Assembly (NCBI RefSeq): GCF_001194135.2
Contig: NC_069002.1
Coordinates: forward strand, 11,942,644-11,988,670
DNA: 46,027 nucleotides
Direction of reading: 5' to 3'
Origin: Octopus bimaculoides
Lineage: Eukaryota
Below the pieces are notes generated by a model that was not told the DNA's origin, did no database searches, and was given only the letters and a program-made list of their open reading frames with translations. Shown here piece by piece: positions 44,037-46,027 of the stretch; the stretch's first letter is position 1, and the number at the start of each line of letters is the position of its first letter. Position numbers and translations under genes: made by a program.

Positions 44037-45194
44037 TATATATATATATATATATANNNNNNNNNNNNNNNNNNNNNNNNNNNNNNNNNNNNNNNNNNNN
44101 NNNNNNNNNNNNNNNNNNNNNNNNNNNNNNNNNNNNNNNNNNNNNNNNNNNNNNNNNNNNNNNNNNNNNNNNNNNNNNNNNNNNNNNNNNNNNNNNNNNN
44201 NNNNNNNNNNNNNNNNNNNNNNNNNNNNNNNNNNNNNNNNNNNNNNNNNNNNNNNNNNNNNNNNNNNNNNNNNNNNNNNNNNNNNNNNNNNNNNNNNNNN
44301 NNNNNNNNNNNNNNNNNNNNNNNNNNNNNNNNNNNNNNNNNNNNNNNNNNNNNNNNNNNNNNNNNNNNNNNNNNNNNNNNNNNNNNNNNNNNNNNNNNNN
44401 NNNNNNNNNNNNNNNNNNNNNNNNNNNNNNNNNNNNNNNNNNNNNNNNNNNNNNNNNNNNNNNNNNNNNNNNNNNNNNNNNNNNNNNNNNNNNNNNNNNN
44501 NNNNNNNNNNNNNNNNNNNNNNNNNNNNNNNNNNNNNNNNNNNNNNNNNNNNNNNNNNNNNNNNNNNNNNNNNNNNNNNNNNNNNNNNNNNNNNNNNNNN
44601 NNNNNNNNNNNNNNNNNNNNNNNNNNNNNNNNNNNNNNNNNNNNNNNNNNNNNNNNNNNNNNNNNNNNNNNNNNNNNNNNNNNNNNNNNNNNNNNNNNNN
44701 NNNNNNNNNNNNNNNNNNNNNNNNNNNNNNNNNNNNNNNNNNNNNNNNNNNNNNNNNNNNNNNNNNNNNNNNNNNNNNNNNNNNNNNNNNNNNNNNNNNN
44801 NNNNNNNNNNNNNNNNNNNNNNNTGCTTTTAGCCCCAGGAGGACATCTCCTCCAGCTGGCTTATCGACACACGACTGTGTCCTGTTTGCCAAGGGAAGTT
44901 ATCCCTCTCACCTCGATCAGCAGCACGAACGTATCCAGATTTCAGGGTTATTTCCCTTCGTCGGCGTTCGACAGCTGATGACCTTGGTGAGAGAGACAAA
45001 AACCTGGCAAATTTATATCTTCTTTTCCAGTGAAATTCTTCACTGATATTGAAAAGGTGAAAACAAGCAATGTTAATTCTCTAAATGAAGTATTAACAGT
45101 AACTGCACGATAAAGTGTAGTATATTGCCACTTAAGTGTGGATGACCCCTAGGGGTGGATGTTACTATATATATAAGCTTACTTTACATGTGTC

Positions 45195-45319
45195 CGGGAA
45201 TCGTAACCACGACCTAACAGTTGTGAATGTAACATTCTAACCTCCAGGTCACACATACATAAACACCACCGCACTGCAGGATCGAACTCAGTACCACGTG
45301 GTTGAGAAGCAAACTTCTG
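45195..45319 (-). mobile_element. Two short SINE head relics (D/E-like at about 45195-45250; A-like at about 45266-45319)
   Basis: Minus strand: gtcgtggttacgattcccgg and agaagtttgcttctcaaccacgtggtactgagttcgatcc. Confidence 0.55.
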
Positions 45320-45428
45320 TAATCATACGACTGAGCTGAAAACATCAAAGAAATGGAATCTCTGTCGGTTGCTCGTATTTGAAGTGCTTTCTTTGTTGTG
45401 GTTGTTGGTGGTGAAATTAGATATAAAA

Positions 45429-45497
45429 GGGGACCTCGTGGGAATTGAACCTACGTCAACACGACTCTGGTTATATTACAGCTGTTCCATTACCACC
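45429..45497 (-). pseudogene. tRNA-like relic (tRNA pseudogene or SINE head)
   Basis: Minus strand: A-box-like TGGTGGTAATGG and T arm GTAGG-TTCAATT-CCCAC; no intact cloverleaf. Confidence 0.35.
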
Positions 45498-45994
45498 ATT
45501 TAATTATATGTAGTTGAGACTTCGCGGATTAAATGACATGAGAAAATTGACGAATGGGTAACATCATAGACTTACGTGTTTTATATATAAATAGATTCTC
45601 TGTTGACAATGGTTTTCGTTAGTAGTTTTTGCACTCTCCCCGCACCCCGCCGCGCCGCTGCCGATCTCTTCTTCTTCTTCTTAAGAATATTTACTAATGT
45701 TCTGTTACACTAGTAAAAAACTATGGTTTACGATTAAGAAGTAGACGAAGCAATACCATAAATCGGTTGGTCGGGTGGGGTGGGGAAACAGATCACATGG
45801 TAATAAATACCCCGAATAAAAAAAAGACACAAACTGCTTCTGTCCCTGGCTTTTCTGTTGTTTTTAGTTTTTTTTTTGTTTGTTTGTTTTGTTTCTTTCT
45901 TAACTGCTTTTTTTTTATATCCCAGCATCTTTCGCTTTTTGCTTTTTTTTTCGTGTCTCTTGGTTTCCTCTTTCAGCCTCATTCCTTCCTTTCT

Positions 45995-46027
<33 letters not shown>

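Noticed and set aside
44824-45010. Possible LINE 3' end ending ctggggctaaa on the minus strand, loosely like 1800-1850
   Set aside because: The similarity is about 10 bp and the tail lies in a gap; no protein motif found.
4190-45046. Long ORFs of 200-450 aa containing X runs
   Set aside because: They are open only because N gaps contain no stop codons.
45138-45161. 12 bp palindrome ACCCCTAGGGGT between GTGGATG direct repeats
   Set aside because: Isolated and short; compatible with chance in a window of this size.
62-46027. Homopolymeric or dipeptide ORFs in the track (poly-H/M/I/L/Q/D, CVCV, YIYI, THTH)
   Set aside because: They are translations of microsatellites, which lack stops in some frames; there is no domain content or splice evidence.

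Overview
Eukaryotic, AT-rich, repeat-dominated draft-assembly DNA. About 23 N-gaps total roughly 10 kb by hand count, and most abut microsatellites or SINEs. The SINE repertoire and the dense compound di-/tri-nucleotide microsatellites look like an octopus (coleoid cephalopod) genome; that is recognition from memory, not a database result. No host protein-coding gene can be supported, and almost all ORF-track entries are microsatellite or N-run artefacts. Supported content: (1) two identical tRNA-Asn(GTT) genes (19408-19481, 21481-21554) with Pol III terminators, inside a diverged segmental duplication; (2) about 25 copies or fragments of at least four tRNA-derived SINE families (labelled A-E here), some with 9-18 bp target-site duplications (TSDs), one tandem array, and several inverted pairs; (3) three retroelement fossils that the ORF track hides or splits: an RTE-like reverse transcriptase (about 9900-10500, minus), an R4-clade restriction-like endonuclease C-terminus (20680-21095, minus) whose K-I-D-R-Y codons gave rise to a (GATA)n microsatellite, and a Penelope-like linker/GIY-YIG fragment (34592-35021, plus); (4) two unrelated minimal type I hammerhead ribozyme cores with complete catalytic residues and palindromic helix III (18240-18273 plus; 43634-43668 minus), plus two degenerate relics. 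The hammerheads are the best candidate for an undescribed system here: a Penelope/retrozyme-type self-cleaving RNA repeat family. Helix I is imperfect in both, and activity is untested.
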